From positions 32,001-96,000 of the IMG/VR virus record IMGVR_UViG_3300021168_000016: a stretch of 64,000 nucleotides of DNA; one strand, 5' to 3'. The notes under the pieces are model-generated. The model did no database searches. It saw only the letters and a program-made list of their open reading frames with translations, and was not told where the DNA came from. The translations under genes were made by a program, and so were the position numbers. Each line of letters opens with the position of its first letter. The first letter of the stretch is position 1. Source of the DNA: a virus. This document shows, piece after piece, positions 1 through 9,571 of this stretch.

Positions 1-65
1 GTGTTTGTGTTCGCAGAGCCATTAGAGTTAGCGTTGTAAGCAGTTCCATAATAGTACGGCATTGA

Positions 66-686
66 TTATTCTCCTTGAGCTTTAGGCTCTTCGATTTTAA
101 CTAGTTGCACTGTCTCACACTTCGGACACACATGTTGTACGTGTGTATCTGAATAAGGCTTTACTACACGCCAGACAAGACATCTAAAACACATAGTAGC
201 GTCTTCAGAAGTCTTCTCTCCTGGATCAATTTCAGGTTCTGGCATAACTTGTACTCCTCCAGTCATCAGTTTAATTCTTTCAGTTTCAAACTCAAATTGA
301 CCCATTATCATTACTTTCGTATAGAAAGAATTCTTATACACTGTCCAAATTGATCTACACTCGGAACAGTACCAAAAAGGCCCGCAATCTCCCCGATCTA
401 AAACAGGATCATCTTTCCAAAGTCTATAAGCTAAAGGATGCTGTCTCGGATCTTCTGTAATCCCAAGTACACTCTCTACAACTCCAATCATATGTATATC
501 AGATCGGATGAATATCTTCTGCGTTGCACGTCGACAATTCTGACAGTTCTCATTCCACTCTTTCTGCCCTTCACGAACCATTTCTGCCCAAGGGTAGAAA
601 TCTTGCTGTTTCAATGCACCTTCATCGTAGAATGGATCTTTGTGGAAGGGAGCCTTCTCTTTTGGAAATGTTTCGACCGAATTCAT
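66..686 (-). CDS. hypothetical protein with CxxC zinc-binding pairs
   Basis: ATG at 686 overlaps upstream stop (ATGA); CQNC, CSEC, CFRC, CPKC motifs. Confidence 0.6.
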   Translation of the reverse strand: MNSVETFPKEKAPFHKDPFYDEGALKQQDFYPWAEMVREGQKEWNENCQNCRRATQKIFIRSDIHMIGVVESVLGITEDPRQHPLAYRLWKDDPVLDRGDCGPFWYCSECRSIWTVYKNSFYTKVMIMGQFEFETERIKLMTGGVQVMPEPEIDPGEKTSEDATMCFRCLVWRVVKPYSDTHVQHVCPKCETVQLVKIEEPKAQGE

Positions 687-943
687 AATATTTCCTTTAC
701 GTCTGCCTTCTCGAGTCCTACGGGTTCTCCATAAGCGAACACACAATCATCACATACATATATAAGGTGAGAAGGACGTATATACTTCGACGATTCCTGA
801 CTCGAGTAACCACCCTTTTTACCGCAGATCACGCAGTACGCCCTCTCTACCAGATAGATAGGATGTGTTTCAGTAGCAGTCTTCATCCGTGAATCTATCT
901 TGCCCGTTGACGATAACTTTAAGAATTCTTGTGCGTTAAACAT
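683..943 (-). CDS. small zinc-finger hypothetical protein
   Basis: CVIC...CDDC; translationally coupled to neighbours. Confidence 0.55.
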   Translation of the reverse strand: MFNAQEFLKLSSTGKIDSRMKTATETHPIYLVERAYCVICGKKGGYSSQESSKYIRPSHLIYVCDDCVFAYGEPVGLEKADVKEIL

Positions 944-1209
944 TAGTTCGTCTTTCCTGGCTTCGGAGGAAGAATAGGTTCGTCTGTAGTTATATTCTGT
1001 TGGATGTATGGTTTAGAAGGAGCTACTGTTTGTTCGGCCTTCTTCTCTTGGAAAGCATCCGCTTTATTTAGAGTGACCATCACTACACACTCTACAAGAT
1101 GGCTGTTCTGACAGTTAAAGAGAGAACCGCCGCCTATAGGAAAGATCTTTCCTTTACAATAAGGACATCTAGTCTCAGGACCTAACCGTGCCGGATACAT
1201 CAGTTTCAT
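943..1209 (-). CDS. small zinc-ribbon hypothetical protein
   Basis: CPYC...CQNSH; AGGAG RBS upstream. Confidence 0.55.
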   Translation of the reverse strand: MKLMYPARLGPETRCPYCKGKIFPIGGGSLFNCQNSHLVECVVMVTLNKADAFQEKKAEQTVAPSKPYIQQNITTDEPILPPKPGKTN

Positions 1210-1356
1210 AAGCTTCTCCTTTCTTTCAATCTAAGATAGAGGGAGTTTAATACCCCCTCTTTCCTAGTGTCTTTGGAACTCCGAGCTTTAAGAAAATCTG
1301 CTGAGTGGTCCTTCCTCCTGTCAAAGGAACAACAGAACCACCCAGACAGACGACCA

Positions 1357-2094
1357 TCAAGACTGGCATCCCGATGGAAGGTCTTTTGAACAGCTACAAC
1401 ATTTTATTTCTTCGATACTACAACTTGGGAGAAGGCGTTGACATTTACCACATACTGTAACACCTTCACTTAAGATAATCGTTGGAGGAGTAATGTTATT
1501 CCTCGCCAGTACTCGCAACGTATTCTCTAATCTAGGATGACAGCTATTACAAAGAGTTAAGCCATTCTCTGTAACGAACCTTAGTTCGAGAAATCTTTCC
1601 CAATCCTTAATGTGATGAGCGTACATCGCATCATCATCACCAAATTTGTGTTTTCTTGCTCCGCAATGTTGGCAACGATGATAATCACGATCAAGTACGC
1701 TCTTCGACCATCTGCGATATCTTGCACTAGTACGAGCAATACTAGTTTCTCTTGCTGCTCCTATCCTAGCTTTTGTCAACTCACTGTGAGGAATACCTTG
1801 GTTCCAAGGTGCTCTTCCAGTTAGTTTATCGGAAATACTCTGAGCAATCATCTTTGCTTTTTCTTCTCCATAGTATTCAACGTTAGTTAAATTCTTCTTT
1901 GGAGAAGTATGTCCTTTATTAGGACTAGGTCTGCCTTGTAAAGCTAAACTTCTCTTTCTATTTGATTCCTCTGTTTGAGGACGACTTACAGTCCAATTAA
2001 CACCGGATCGTCCTCTTTTCCAGCCGTCTGGAATAGCAGTATCCTTTGGATGTTTCCTTGATGCTATTCCATCTGTAATCCAGATAAATTCCAT
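1357..2094 (-). CDS. HNH homing endonuclease with NUMOD3-like repeats
   Basis: RDYHRCQHCG...AHHIKDW...NGLTLCNSCH HNH motif; WNQGIPHSELTKARIG NUMOD3-like segment; GGAGG RBS before ATG 2094. Confidence 0.85.
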   Translation of the reverse strand: MEFIWITDGIASRKHPKDTAIPDGWKRGRSGVNWTVSRPQTEESNRKRSLALQGRPSPNKGHTSPKKNLTNVEYYGEEKAKMIAQSISDKLTGRAPWNQGIPHSELTKARIGAARETSIARTSARYRRWSKSVLDRDYHRCQHCGARKHKFGDDDAMYAHHIKDWERFLELRFVTENGLTLCNSCHPRLENTLRVLARNNITPPTIILSEGVTVCGKCQRLLPSCSIEEIKCCSCSKDLPSGCQS

Positions 2095-2095
2095 G

Positions 2096-2140
2096 CTTGG
2101 CCTCCTATAGACGTATATACCTGTACTAGAAGAGGCCAAG
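2096..2140 (-). promoter_or_regulatory. RBS-sequestering hairpin with internal promoter-like motif upstream of the HNH gene
   Basis: perfect 9-bp inverted repeat CTTGGCCTC/GAGGCCAAG covering the GGAGG RBS; GGTATATAC in the loop. Confidence 0.55.
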
Positions 2141-2149
2141 CTAGAATAA

Positions 2150-4150
2150 TTAGACGTATTTCTGTTCTGCCTTCTTTAGAACAGAAGTAAACAACTTGGT
2201 GAAGACCTTCTTCACAAAGCTATTCTTTTTAACCAGTTTTGCTGTTTGCTGCCCATACTTTCGATAGAGGCCCATAACCAACTTGGCTCCAAGTCCAGTA
2301 TTTTCATAAACTTCTGTCAGGTAACGTCGGACCAATTGAGTCTTAGTACCTGTGAAGAAGTTTTCTTCGAATACAGCAGCAGCGATCCAGCAAGGTGCCA
2401 CAAATGGCCCGATTGAAGTCCGGATTGCTGAAACCCACGGCATATAATGCGCGAGTACTTCGTGGATGTAAGTTCCATAGGTCCATTCACGAGTGACTAC
2501 TGGCCACTCAATGGCATAATAGTCGCGCATAGTGAAGAATTCCCTGACAGTCGGGATCCTGCTATGTGGGTAAGGATTGGTGTTAATGTCATAGAACAAA
2601 GTACCTGCGGGCAACATTGGGTGCAGACGAATAGGAATTGCTGTCCCGCCCTCAGGATTTACGCTGTACTTTGATTTATAAGCAGACACCATGAATCCAC
2701 CAAGGATGCTCTGTTGTCCACCCTTATCGTAAGGGAAGATATAGGAGTTGGTTCCAGTGGCGGAGTACACGATTGCAGCATCCAGCTTCTGACGAACATC
2801 AGCTGAACACCAAATCGCATCAGGCTGTGCTTGATATGCGTTCCACAGTGCCAGAAGATCTGCTTCCAGTTCTGCTACTTGCCCGTTACCGGCTGATGTG
2901 AACGAACCGTTGTTCATGTCCGTCCAGATGCCATTCTTAAACGCGTAAGTCAACAGACCATCAAAGTCAGTCGTCTGGAAGCTGCTATCAGTTGATAGAC
3001 CAGTAGCATTAGCGAACTGAGTACCGGCAGGAGTAGCACCAATAACAACCTTTGGTGAACTCGTGATGGCAGCCAATGTCAATGCACTATTGATAGTGAT
3101 CGCACCGGCGTTAGTACCGGCAAATACGTACCACGCGTAGCCAACTGCACCGGCAATCGCAGTCGTTGTCAACGTTACCCATTTGGCAGTAGCGTTAGTC
3201 AGGACGGCTGTTGATACGTTAGACATAGCTGACGTACCACCAGCAACGGCAAGAGTTGTTCCATCAACGTTGGTACGTGTTGAGGTAGGAACAAGACCAG
3301 CTGCTACAGTTGGAGGAGCATTATAACCACCTTGACCACCGGGGTTCATGCCCATGCCGGTAATAGCGATAACAGTAGCAAATACGTTACAGGCAGAGTT
3401 CGGTAATCCAGCAGTAGCGGGACTATTAAACGTGTCTGAAGTAGCAAGTGCGGCTGTTACGTTATTAGCCTGACCAAGAGCGAAACCAAGGTTACCGGCT
3501 GCGGTACCAGAGTTACCAAGCAGAGTCATCGACTCTTCCTGCAACCGGAGACGAGCGAGATTGCGGAAGTGTTCGTCTGCTAGGTTATCTGTATACCCTT
3601 CGCCAGCCCATTGCGATGTGAAAGTATTCCCACCTTCCATACCGAGCTCTTTGTAAGTCGCAAGGTAATCGATTTCGTTCGGAGTTGCGATAGCGTTACG
3701 TTGTCCTTCCTGAACACCTGCATAAATGTAGGTGGAGTTAGGATTACGTGTCGCCTTCCAGTGAGCTGCCGTACCAACGCCTGCGTTGACTTTACCTTTC
3801 TTCGGGATCATCTGAATAAAGGGTGTCAGCAACGGGAATAGGAAGAAGGCAGGTCCACGAAGATCGTAGAAGTTAAAACCAATCCAGGTTCCCATTCCGG
3901 GAGGATTAGTCTTAATCAGTTCCTGCATTGCATCATTCTGTGCTTTGAGCAAGCTCCTGTTAAGAGCAAGTACTTCTGGGTTATTCTGAGTCCAACGCTT
4001 GCTAACTGGGATATTTTCGTCAGTCCTTGGATCAAGATCTCGTACCCTTTTAGCAAGGTCAGCGATTTTAGGATCACTGAGGGCCTTCGCGAGTGCCTGA
4101 CGACCCCTGATGATACCTTGAATATATTCTTCTTGATTAAAACGCGGCAT
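2150..4150 (-). CDS. major capsid protein with C-terminal CFI-box-CTERM-like extension
   Basis: position after portal/gpF/protease; FYDLRGPAFFLFPLLTP and YYAIEWP segments typical of a phage capsid family; tail CWIAAAVF...LVRRYL...GAKLVMGLYRKYG. Confidence 0.75.
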   Translation of the reverse strand: MPRFNQEEYIQGIIRGRQALAKALSDPKIADLAKRVRDLDPRTDENIPVSKRWTQNNPEVLALNRSLLKAQNDAMQELIKTNPPGMGTWIGFNFYDLRGPAFFLFPLLTPFIQMIPKKGKVNAGVGTAAHWKATRNPNSTYIYAGVQEGQRNAIATPNEIDYLATYKELGMEGGNTFTSQWAGEGYTDNLADEHFRNLARLRLQEESMTLLGNSGTAAGNLGFALGQANNVTAALATSDTFNSPATAGLPNSACNVFATVIAITGMGMNPGGQGGYNAPPTVAAGLVPTSTRTNVDGTTLAVAGGTSAMSNVSTAVLTNATAKWVTLTTTAIAGAVGYAWYVFAGTNAGAITINSALTLAAITSSPKVVIGATPAGTQFANATGLSTDSSFQTTDFDGLLTYAFKNGIWTDMNNGSFTSAGNGQVAELEADLLALWNAYQAQPDAIWCSADVRQKLDAAIVYSATGTNSYIFPYDKGGQQSILGGFMVSAYKSKYSVNPEGGTAIPIRLHPMLPAGTLFYDINTNPYPHSRIPTVREFFTMRDYYAIEWPVVTREWTYGTYIHEVLAHYMPWVSAIRTSIGPFVAPCWIAAAVFEENFFTGTKTQLVRRYLTEVYENTGLGAKLVMGLYRKYGQQTAKLVKKNSFVKKVFTKLFTSVLKKAEQKYV

Positions 4151-4249
4151 ACTTTATTCTCCTGTTTCGTGATGAAGTTTTCTATTTCCTTTTCCTCATC
4201 GCTGACAGGAAGCGATTGGTAAAGAAATTAGTAGGTCCTTAGGGTCGTC

Positions 4250-5986
4250 TTACTCTACGTGTTCAATGCCAACAAGGTGGGCGAATTGCGGAGGAACTGA
4301 ATCCTTGTCAATGCCGCCAGCTTTTGTCATATCGCCAGTTCGCGGTACCGGAAAGGACCGGGCAATCGGTCCAGAGTTAGTTAGAATCTCAGCAGCACGC
4401 TTTGCGGCTTCAACTCCCTTGTTGTCAACTGCAACAGCAGCAACATTAACCTCAGGTGCCACTACTGGTGCTGGAGCTGACATCTTTTCAATTAATGCTT
4501 TAAGCAGGTTGTTAGTCTCAGTCTGCGCGGCTGCCAACTTACCAAAATCTTCATTGACAATAGCAGCAGAAGCAACATTAACAACTGGCGGAACCACAGC
4601 GATGGTCTTGTCTACAGTTTCCATAAGTTCTCCTTCTTCGATAGTAGCTAGTTTAAGTACCTTTGTTGCATCTTCTGCTGCGCATGAAGCAGCCATCTTG
4701 TGAAGATGTTCCGCATGAGCATTATGGCGTTTAGTCAACGCTACATGATGGTTAGCCATTGACTTATGAAAAGAGGCTTTAATCTTGTGGTGACTAGCAC
4801 CACTGCTATCAGCCTTCATGCACTCTCTCATCATCTCTTCATGATGAGCAGCTGCTCCATCATGTGCTTTTGTCATCTTCTCGTGTGTAGCTGCTATGTG
4901 TTCGTGGTGACTAGCAGCTTTCTTGAAATGAGAAGACATTGAAATTCTTGCCGCCTTTTCAAGATCAGCGGCTTCTGTGGCCATAGCTAGTCCTCCTTCA
5001 AATGCCGCCGCGTTGGCGGTTAATTCTTCTACTTGTTCTTCTGCGTAACTAAGAAATGCTGCTAGCAAGTTGCTAAAGATCTCTTTTACATCGTCAGTAG
5101 CAGGACTTTCATCTCCTTCTACTTCACGTTCATATTCAAGTGAAAGCCATAAATACTTTAACTGCTCAATGATTTCTGCGAAGCAACTAACTGAATACAT
5201 CCCTTTATCAAGTTGGCCGAATGCACGATCATTGATTACATCTACTAATACTTCCTTAATCGACTTGCCTACTCGATCTTGGTTATCTGTTATATATTTC
5301 GCTTTTTCAGCTTTCCCTGCTTCTATAGCAACCTTCTCTTCTTCAGAAGGAATTGTTACAGTCTCTTTTGCTGCTACAAGAGACAGATCAACAGGAGCCA
5401 CTGGATTTACTGGCGTCGGCGTAGCAGGAAGAGCACCGACAGCTGTTGGAATCTCTGCCTCTTTCTTAAAGGCACGCTTTTCAACCGTCCCATCAGCTTT
5501 AACATAATCAAAGTGAGCGCGTGTTAGGCAGGGAAGATCAACAAGACTTACTTCTGATGGTTTAGCCGTATACTTGACATACGCACCATCCTGCCACTTC
5601 TTGATGTATCGTCCCCCTTGCGAGAAGCCTGTATAGACGCACTCTTCAACTTTCTTCCAAGCAGCGTCATCCACTACTTTAAATCCCATGAAAACTTCTT
5701 TAGTGCCTTCACGAAATTCAATTGAGATACCTTTACCAGCAGCAGATAATCCATGCATCTCTCGCAGAGGAAAGATGTTAACTCCATCTGTTGCTTTAGA
5801 CATCTCATCAACTAATGCCTTATAATAAGGAACAGTTGTATCGTAGTCACAAACTTCATCCTCTTTATCAGGAACTTCAGCCGTGACTACACCCCAGACT
5901 TCTCTCTTAGCAACATCCACCTTGACAAGTGGCATGAAGATATGAAGAGCTCCGGGATCTCCGCCTTCTTTTCTAACTTCTTGCAT
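4250..5986 (-). CDS. prohead protease/scaffold fusion (XkdF-like N-terminal domain) with His-rich region
   Basis: KVDVAKREVWG...LREMH...AWKKVEECVYTGFSQGG...EVSLVDLPC; between gpF and capsid; GGAGG RBS before ATG 5986. Confidence 0.8.
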   Translation of the reverse strand: MQEVRKEGGDPGALHIFMPLVKVDVAKREVWGVVTAEVPDKEDEVCDYDTTVPYYKALVDEMSKATDGVNIFPLREMHGLSAAGKGISIEFREGTKEVFMGFKVVDDAAWKKVEECVYTGFSQGGRYIKKWQDGAYVKYTAKPSEVSLVDLPCLTRAHFDYVKADGTVEKRAFKKEAEIPTAVGALPATPTPVNPVAPVDLSLVAAKETVTIPSEEEKVAIEAGKAEKAKYITDNQDRVGKSIKEVLVDVINDRAFGQLDKGMYSVSCFAEIIEQLKYLWLSLEYEREVEGDESPATDDVKEIFSNLLAAFLSYAEEQVEELTANAAAFEGGLAMATEAADLEKAARISMSSHFKKAASHHEHIAATHEKMTKAHDGAAAHHEEMMRECMKADSSGASHHKIKASFHKSMANHHVALTKRHNAHAEHLHKMAASCAAEDATKVLKLATIEEGELMETVDKTIAVVPPVVNVASAAIVNEDFGKLAAAQTETNNLLKALIEKMSAPAPVVAPEVNVAAVAVDNKGVEAAKRAAEILTNSGPIARSFPVPRTGDMTKAGGIDKDSVPPQFAHLVGIEHVE

Positions 5987-5998
5987 AGGATCCTCCAA

Positions 5999-6604
5999 TT
6001 AAGAAATTCCTGAAAACTTCGCATACGCAGCTTGAGCAGCCATCTGCGTTCTACCTGTATTCTTATTCGTGTTGTCAGCAACTGTGAGGCTACCTGTTCC
6101 CGGAGGAGTATTGACTAGATTGGTGGTACCGCTAACAAGTCCTGCAAGAATTGTCGCTGTGGTCGGTAGAGCAGAACCACCAATCAAACCAGTAGCAGGC
6201 TCCTGGAAAGCCTGACCAATAATTACGGCTTCATTGATACTACCAATAACCTCAGGAATAACAAGAAGGCTAGTATTCTGCTTTGTCTCTGTATTCGCAG
6301 CACCAGTTGTGATATAGCAATTCCATCCGGTTGCCTGTCCGGGAGCAATCTTTCCATGCAGTGGCTGCGGATATACAGCGACAACATTATTAGCTGGCAC
6401 CTGAATCTTCACTTCAGGAGAAGGAAGTGATTCTCCGGAAGCATTACTATAAGTTATCATCACACGCTCAAAACGTGTGGCTTGCGACCCTGAATGAACA
6501 AGAGTTACTATGGGAGCATTTGTAGGCGCAGCGGGAGGAGTTGCAGTATTAGGTATTGCATCACCTAATTCAATTGTAGCCGCCATAACTGATACTGTAG
6601 GCAT
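5999..6604 (-). CDS. putative virion/head-associated protein
   Basis: Thr/Ala/Pro-rich, in head operon; C-terminal ADNTNKNTGR motif. Confidence 0.55.
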   Translation of the reverse strand: MPTVSVMAATIELGDAIPNTATPPAAPTNAPIVTLVHSGSQATRFERVMITYSNASGESLPSPEVKIQVPANNVVAVYPQPLHGKIAPGQATGWNCYITTGAANTETKQNTSLLVIPEVIGSINEAVIIGQAFQEPATGLIGGSALPTTATILAGLVSGTTNLVNTPPGTGSLTVADNTNKNTGRTQMAAQAAYAKFSGIS

Positions 6605-6762
6605 TATTTAGTCCTTCCCGTATTCTTGACTGTAAAATCAGGATGCGCTGTCGTTATCGGGGTTACTGGAGGAGTATGTACAGGTGCTATTACAACTCCA
6701 GGAGTTGCCTTATTGATTGTAGTTGCTAGGGCGCAAGTTGTAGCATTCACTGAAACTGACAT
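6604..6762 (-). CDS. 52-aa small protein not in ORF track (MSVSVNATTC...TVKNTGRTK)
   Basis: GGGGA RBS, TAATG coupling to the next gene, shares KNTGR motif with both neighbours. Confidence 0.55.
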   Translation of the reverse strand: MSVSVNATTCALATTINKATPGVVIAPVHTPPVTPITTAHPDFTVKNTGRTK

Positions 6763-6770
6763 AATCCCCC

Positions 6771-7016
6771 TTACCAGACGTCGTTAGATCCGGTTGCAGT
6801 ATGTGAAGTCTTAGCTGGAGGTGTTCCTCCCCAGTGCTGATCAACCGTCATGTATGACTGCACTGCTAGTTGTGATCGTCCTGTATTCTTATTGGTGTTA
6901 TCAGCAGATACGAGGCTTCCAGTAGGATCAGGATCACTGTTATCACCTACAACTCGATAAGTTACGTTAGGATTAGAAGGACCGTAGTTGTTAGTTCCCG
7001 AATAACTCACTGACAT
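6771..7016 (-). CDS. small head-associated protein
   Basis: TGSLVSADNTNKNTGR motif shared with 5999-6604; GAGGA RBS. Confidence 0.55.
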   Translation of the reverse strand: MSVSYSGTNNYGPSNPNVTYRVVGDNSDPDPTGSLVSADNTNKNTGRSQLAVQSYMTVDQHWGGTPPAKTSHTATGSNDVW

Positions 7017-7025
7017 AAATTCCTC

Positions 7026-7910
7026 CTATTCAGAAATCTCTGTAGCTATGATTACACATTTACATCTAGGATGTCGTGGAACAAAAGGCATATCATCAAT
7101 TGGGTAAGGCCCACCTGCTGCAGCATCGTCGCATTCGTCGACTATATCGTGATCTGCACTAAGCAGGATGCTTACTGTCTTAACAAAACCTGTAAGTTTC
7201 CATACATCGAGATTACCTTGAACCTGAGCAAGCGCGATTTCTGTCTTTGCGATTAGTTCAGCTCTTGCTTCGCTAAATGTACCTGCTTCTTGGATAGCAG
7301 TTGCCAATTCCTGAGACGACATTTTCTGCGTAACAGCCATCTCGATAATATCTTTTAGATCGTCCCTTGTTGTCTCAGCAATTACCCATTCGGCATTAGA
7401 ATCACCGATTAACTCACCATCAATGAACTTCTTGCCTACCATTTCAGCTGCACGTTTCTTTGCGTACTGTTCAGCACTGCTTACTACTTTATCTGTCATA
7501 TCAGGGACTAGATTATGGCTGATAGCTAATTGTGCGATACCATCCTTACCGCCATCTTCATATGCAGTCTTTAGTTCGCTAGTTGTACTATCAACAATCT
7601 CTTCCCAATCAACAGCACCGTTGGCGGCGTAAAGGATCTGCATCAATTCGTCTTCATCAGCCTTGATAACTTCTGCTGCTTTCTGTTCAGCTGCACTAGC
7701 CGCCTTCTTCGCAGCCTTTCTAAGGAAGCTACTTAATACAGCCTGCAATTGCTGACGAACTAACTGGAGTTTCGGACTTGGAGTACCATGATCAATCTGA
7801 AGATGATGAATACCATGCTTAACTCTAATCTTTAGGAGGTCACAGTCACTACAGCCCGCCATCCTATATAAGTGATTAGAGCAGTGGGTACTTGTTAGCA
7901 CTATTTCCAT
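7026..7910 (-). CDS. Mu gpF/SPP1 gp7-like head morphogenesis protein
   Basis: RAELIAKTE...C...PRHPRCKC C-terminal motif; directly after portal. Confidence 0.85.
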   Translation of the reverse strand: MEIVLTSTHCSNHLYRMAGCSDCDLLKIRVKHGIHHLQIDHGTPSPKLQLVRQQLQAVLSSFLRKAAKKAASAAEQKAAEVIKADEDELMQILYAANGAVDWEEIVDSTTSELKTAYEDGGKDGIAQLAISHNLVPDMTDKVVSSAEQYAKKRAAEMVGKKFIDGELIGDSNAEWVIAETTRDDLKDIIEMAVTQKMSSQELATAIQEAGTFSEARAELIAKTEIALAQVQGNLDVWKLTGFVKTVSILLSADHDIVDECDDAAAGGPYPIDDMPFVPRHPRCKCVIIATEISE

Positions 7911-9571
7911 TACTTTACTCTTGCCTCTGTTGAGGCAATGCAATCGGCACAGAATGCTCTTGGGTAGCCATAATGCTTAGTGCAGACGGATGATTTGTGA
8001 TATCCATTTCCGTTTCCATTCGTTGCTGCATCCTTATCGATGCTTGCATAGTTGTCAGAGGTTCGTCCATCCGATCCACCAACCTTTCCCTGTGCTGTAG
8101 TCCTTACCTTAGCCCCACCCCCCGAAGCTCCGCCTGAGCCCTGACTTCTAATGGCCATAGTAGCAAGCTTCTCTGCCATGTTAAGGGGGATAACGCCTGA
8201 ACTTGTGATAACGCTAAGTTCGTCTGCAGCAGGCTCATCACTCGGATCAATACCGCGATCTTCAAGAACTTGGTTGCGTGTCTTTAACCCGATGGAGATA
8301 TCGATCTTATCACCTTCAGCCTGTTTCAATGCATCCAACTCGATAACTGGATCAAAGGCAAATTCATATGCATCGTGGCCCATCTTCACTTGGATAATGA
8401 AATCCATAGCTGCCTTAAGCCAATTCAGCCAAGGCATCGTACCTTCTTCTTCAGCTGACTGTTGCTGTGATTCGCTGCTGCTGCGATTAATCATCCGCAT
8501 CAGTCTAGTAGGCGAAGTACCAAAGGCAAAGCAAATCTTACGGATATGAACTTCATCAAACAAATCCGCTAGTACAGGTTCTTTAGGGAAAGTAAACTGT
8601 TCTGTCTTTCCTTCTTGTTGGAATCCCTGTAGAATCTGAAGTCGGCGTCTCTTAGCTAATTGCCCTGCTAGATCACTGTCTAACCACTGCTGAGCTTCCT
8701 TAATCTTCTCAGGCGGTGTGTTAATGGGAGCGAAGAGGATCCCTCCGGGAATGGTCCCCTCAGAGTAGAAATTGTATACAAACTTTAGACGTTCAATCCC
8801 AATCCTGATCTCATAGGCCATCTGCTCACAAGGACTGTAACCGTACAGATAAGATGAAATCGTGTTCCTGGGAACGATGTTTCGAGGTCGATAGATCAGC
8901 TGGTCTGTTGTGAAATCTAATCTAGGATAGCCTTCATACAACTGTTGATAGGCGGTACTGGGTGGTTGAGGCGTCCATCCATGTTCATCGATCTTTCGTG
9001 TAATAGATGCACCTTCTACCCAACGTAGTCCAGTGATGTTATTCTTCCCATCACGTGTCACGAAGATACTGGCTGCATCAAGTACCAGCATATCTTCTAA
9101 TATAGGACGAAGGAATTGCTCCCAATCCTGTTCTGGGTTGGGACGCGCAAAGAACCTATTCAGCGCCTTAAGTACAGGATCCTTGGAACTCCTCTTTGCT
9201 CTATCTTTAGTAGTTTCTCCCTGAATGGGAGTGAGCTGAATACGCCAAGGCATCCGGGTAAGAATGTCTTTATTATTCTCGATACAGACACGGGCAAGTG
9301 GATACTGTGATAGACGTCTGAGTTCCTCTGTCCCTATCTCAGCATCATACCGTGCCTGTATGTTTAAGTTCTCTCCAAAGTTAAATGGGAAAGATAACGG
9401 CTCCGCTTTCGGCGGACCCATCGGAGTTATCGGCTGGAGAGGATTTGGATAAGCATCATCAGGGATAGTGCTGATAGTTGTCTGTGGCGGCTTATACAGG
9501 GCAGTTCTAGCGTTGTTAAGAGCTATTACCATCGGTCCTAACTGCCTGATAACCCCTGTAAACTTAGCCAT
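7910..9571 (-). CDS. phage portal protein
   Basis: RPNPEQDW...LEDMLVLDA...YGYSP...NFYSEGTIPGGI...ICFAFGTSP, HK97-like portal motifs. Confidence 0.9.
   Translation of the reverse strand: MAKFTGVIRQLGPMVIALNNARTALYKPPQTTISTIPDDAYPNPLQPITPMGPPKAEPLSFPFNFGENLNIQARYDAEIGTEELRRLSQYPLARVCIENNKDILTRMPWRIQLTPIQGETTKDRAKRSSKDPVLKALNRFFARPNPEQDWEQFLRPILEDMLVLDAASIFVTRDGKNNITGLRWVEGASITRKIDEHGWTPQPPSTAYQQLYEGYPRLDFTTDQLIYRPRNIVPRNTISSYLYGYSPCEQMAYEIRIGIERLKFVYNFYSEGTIPGGILFAPINTPPEKIKEAQQWLDSDLAGQLAKRRRLQILQGFQQEGKTEQFTFPKEPVLADLFDEVHIRKICFAFGTSPTRLMRMINRSSSESQQQSAEEEGTMPWLNWLKAAMDFIIQVKMGHDAYEFAFDPVIELDALKQAEGDKIDISIGLKTRNQVLEDRGIDPSDEPAADELSVITSSGVIPLNMAEKLATMAIRSQGSGGASGGGAKVRTTAQGKVGGSDGRTSDNYASIDKDAATNGNGNGYHKSSVCTKHYGYPRAFCADCIASTEARVK

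Noticed and set aside
1357-2392. Intron or intein in the capsid gene carrying the HNH
   Set aside because: The capsid ORF has its own stop, the HNH has its own RBS, and there is no Hint C-terminal HN motif or downstream exon
8780-8826. Guide unit 1 (xAxEIRLGILR) resembling portal AYEIRIGIER
   Set aside because: Only 7 of 16 dinucleotides match, about what chance gives over a 64-kb two-strand search; no target for units 1 and 2 was found by eye
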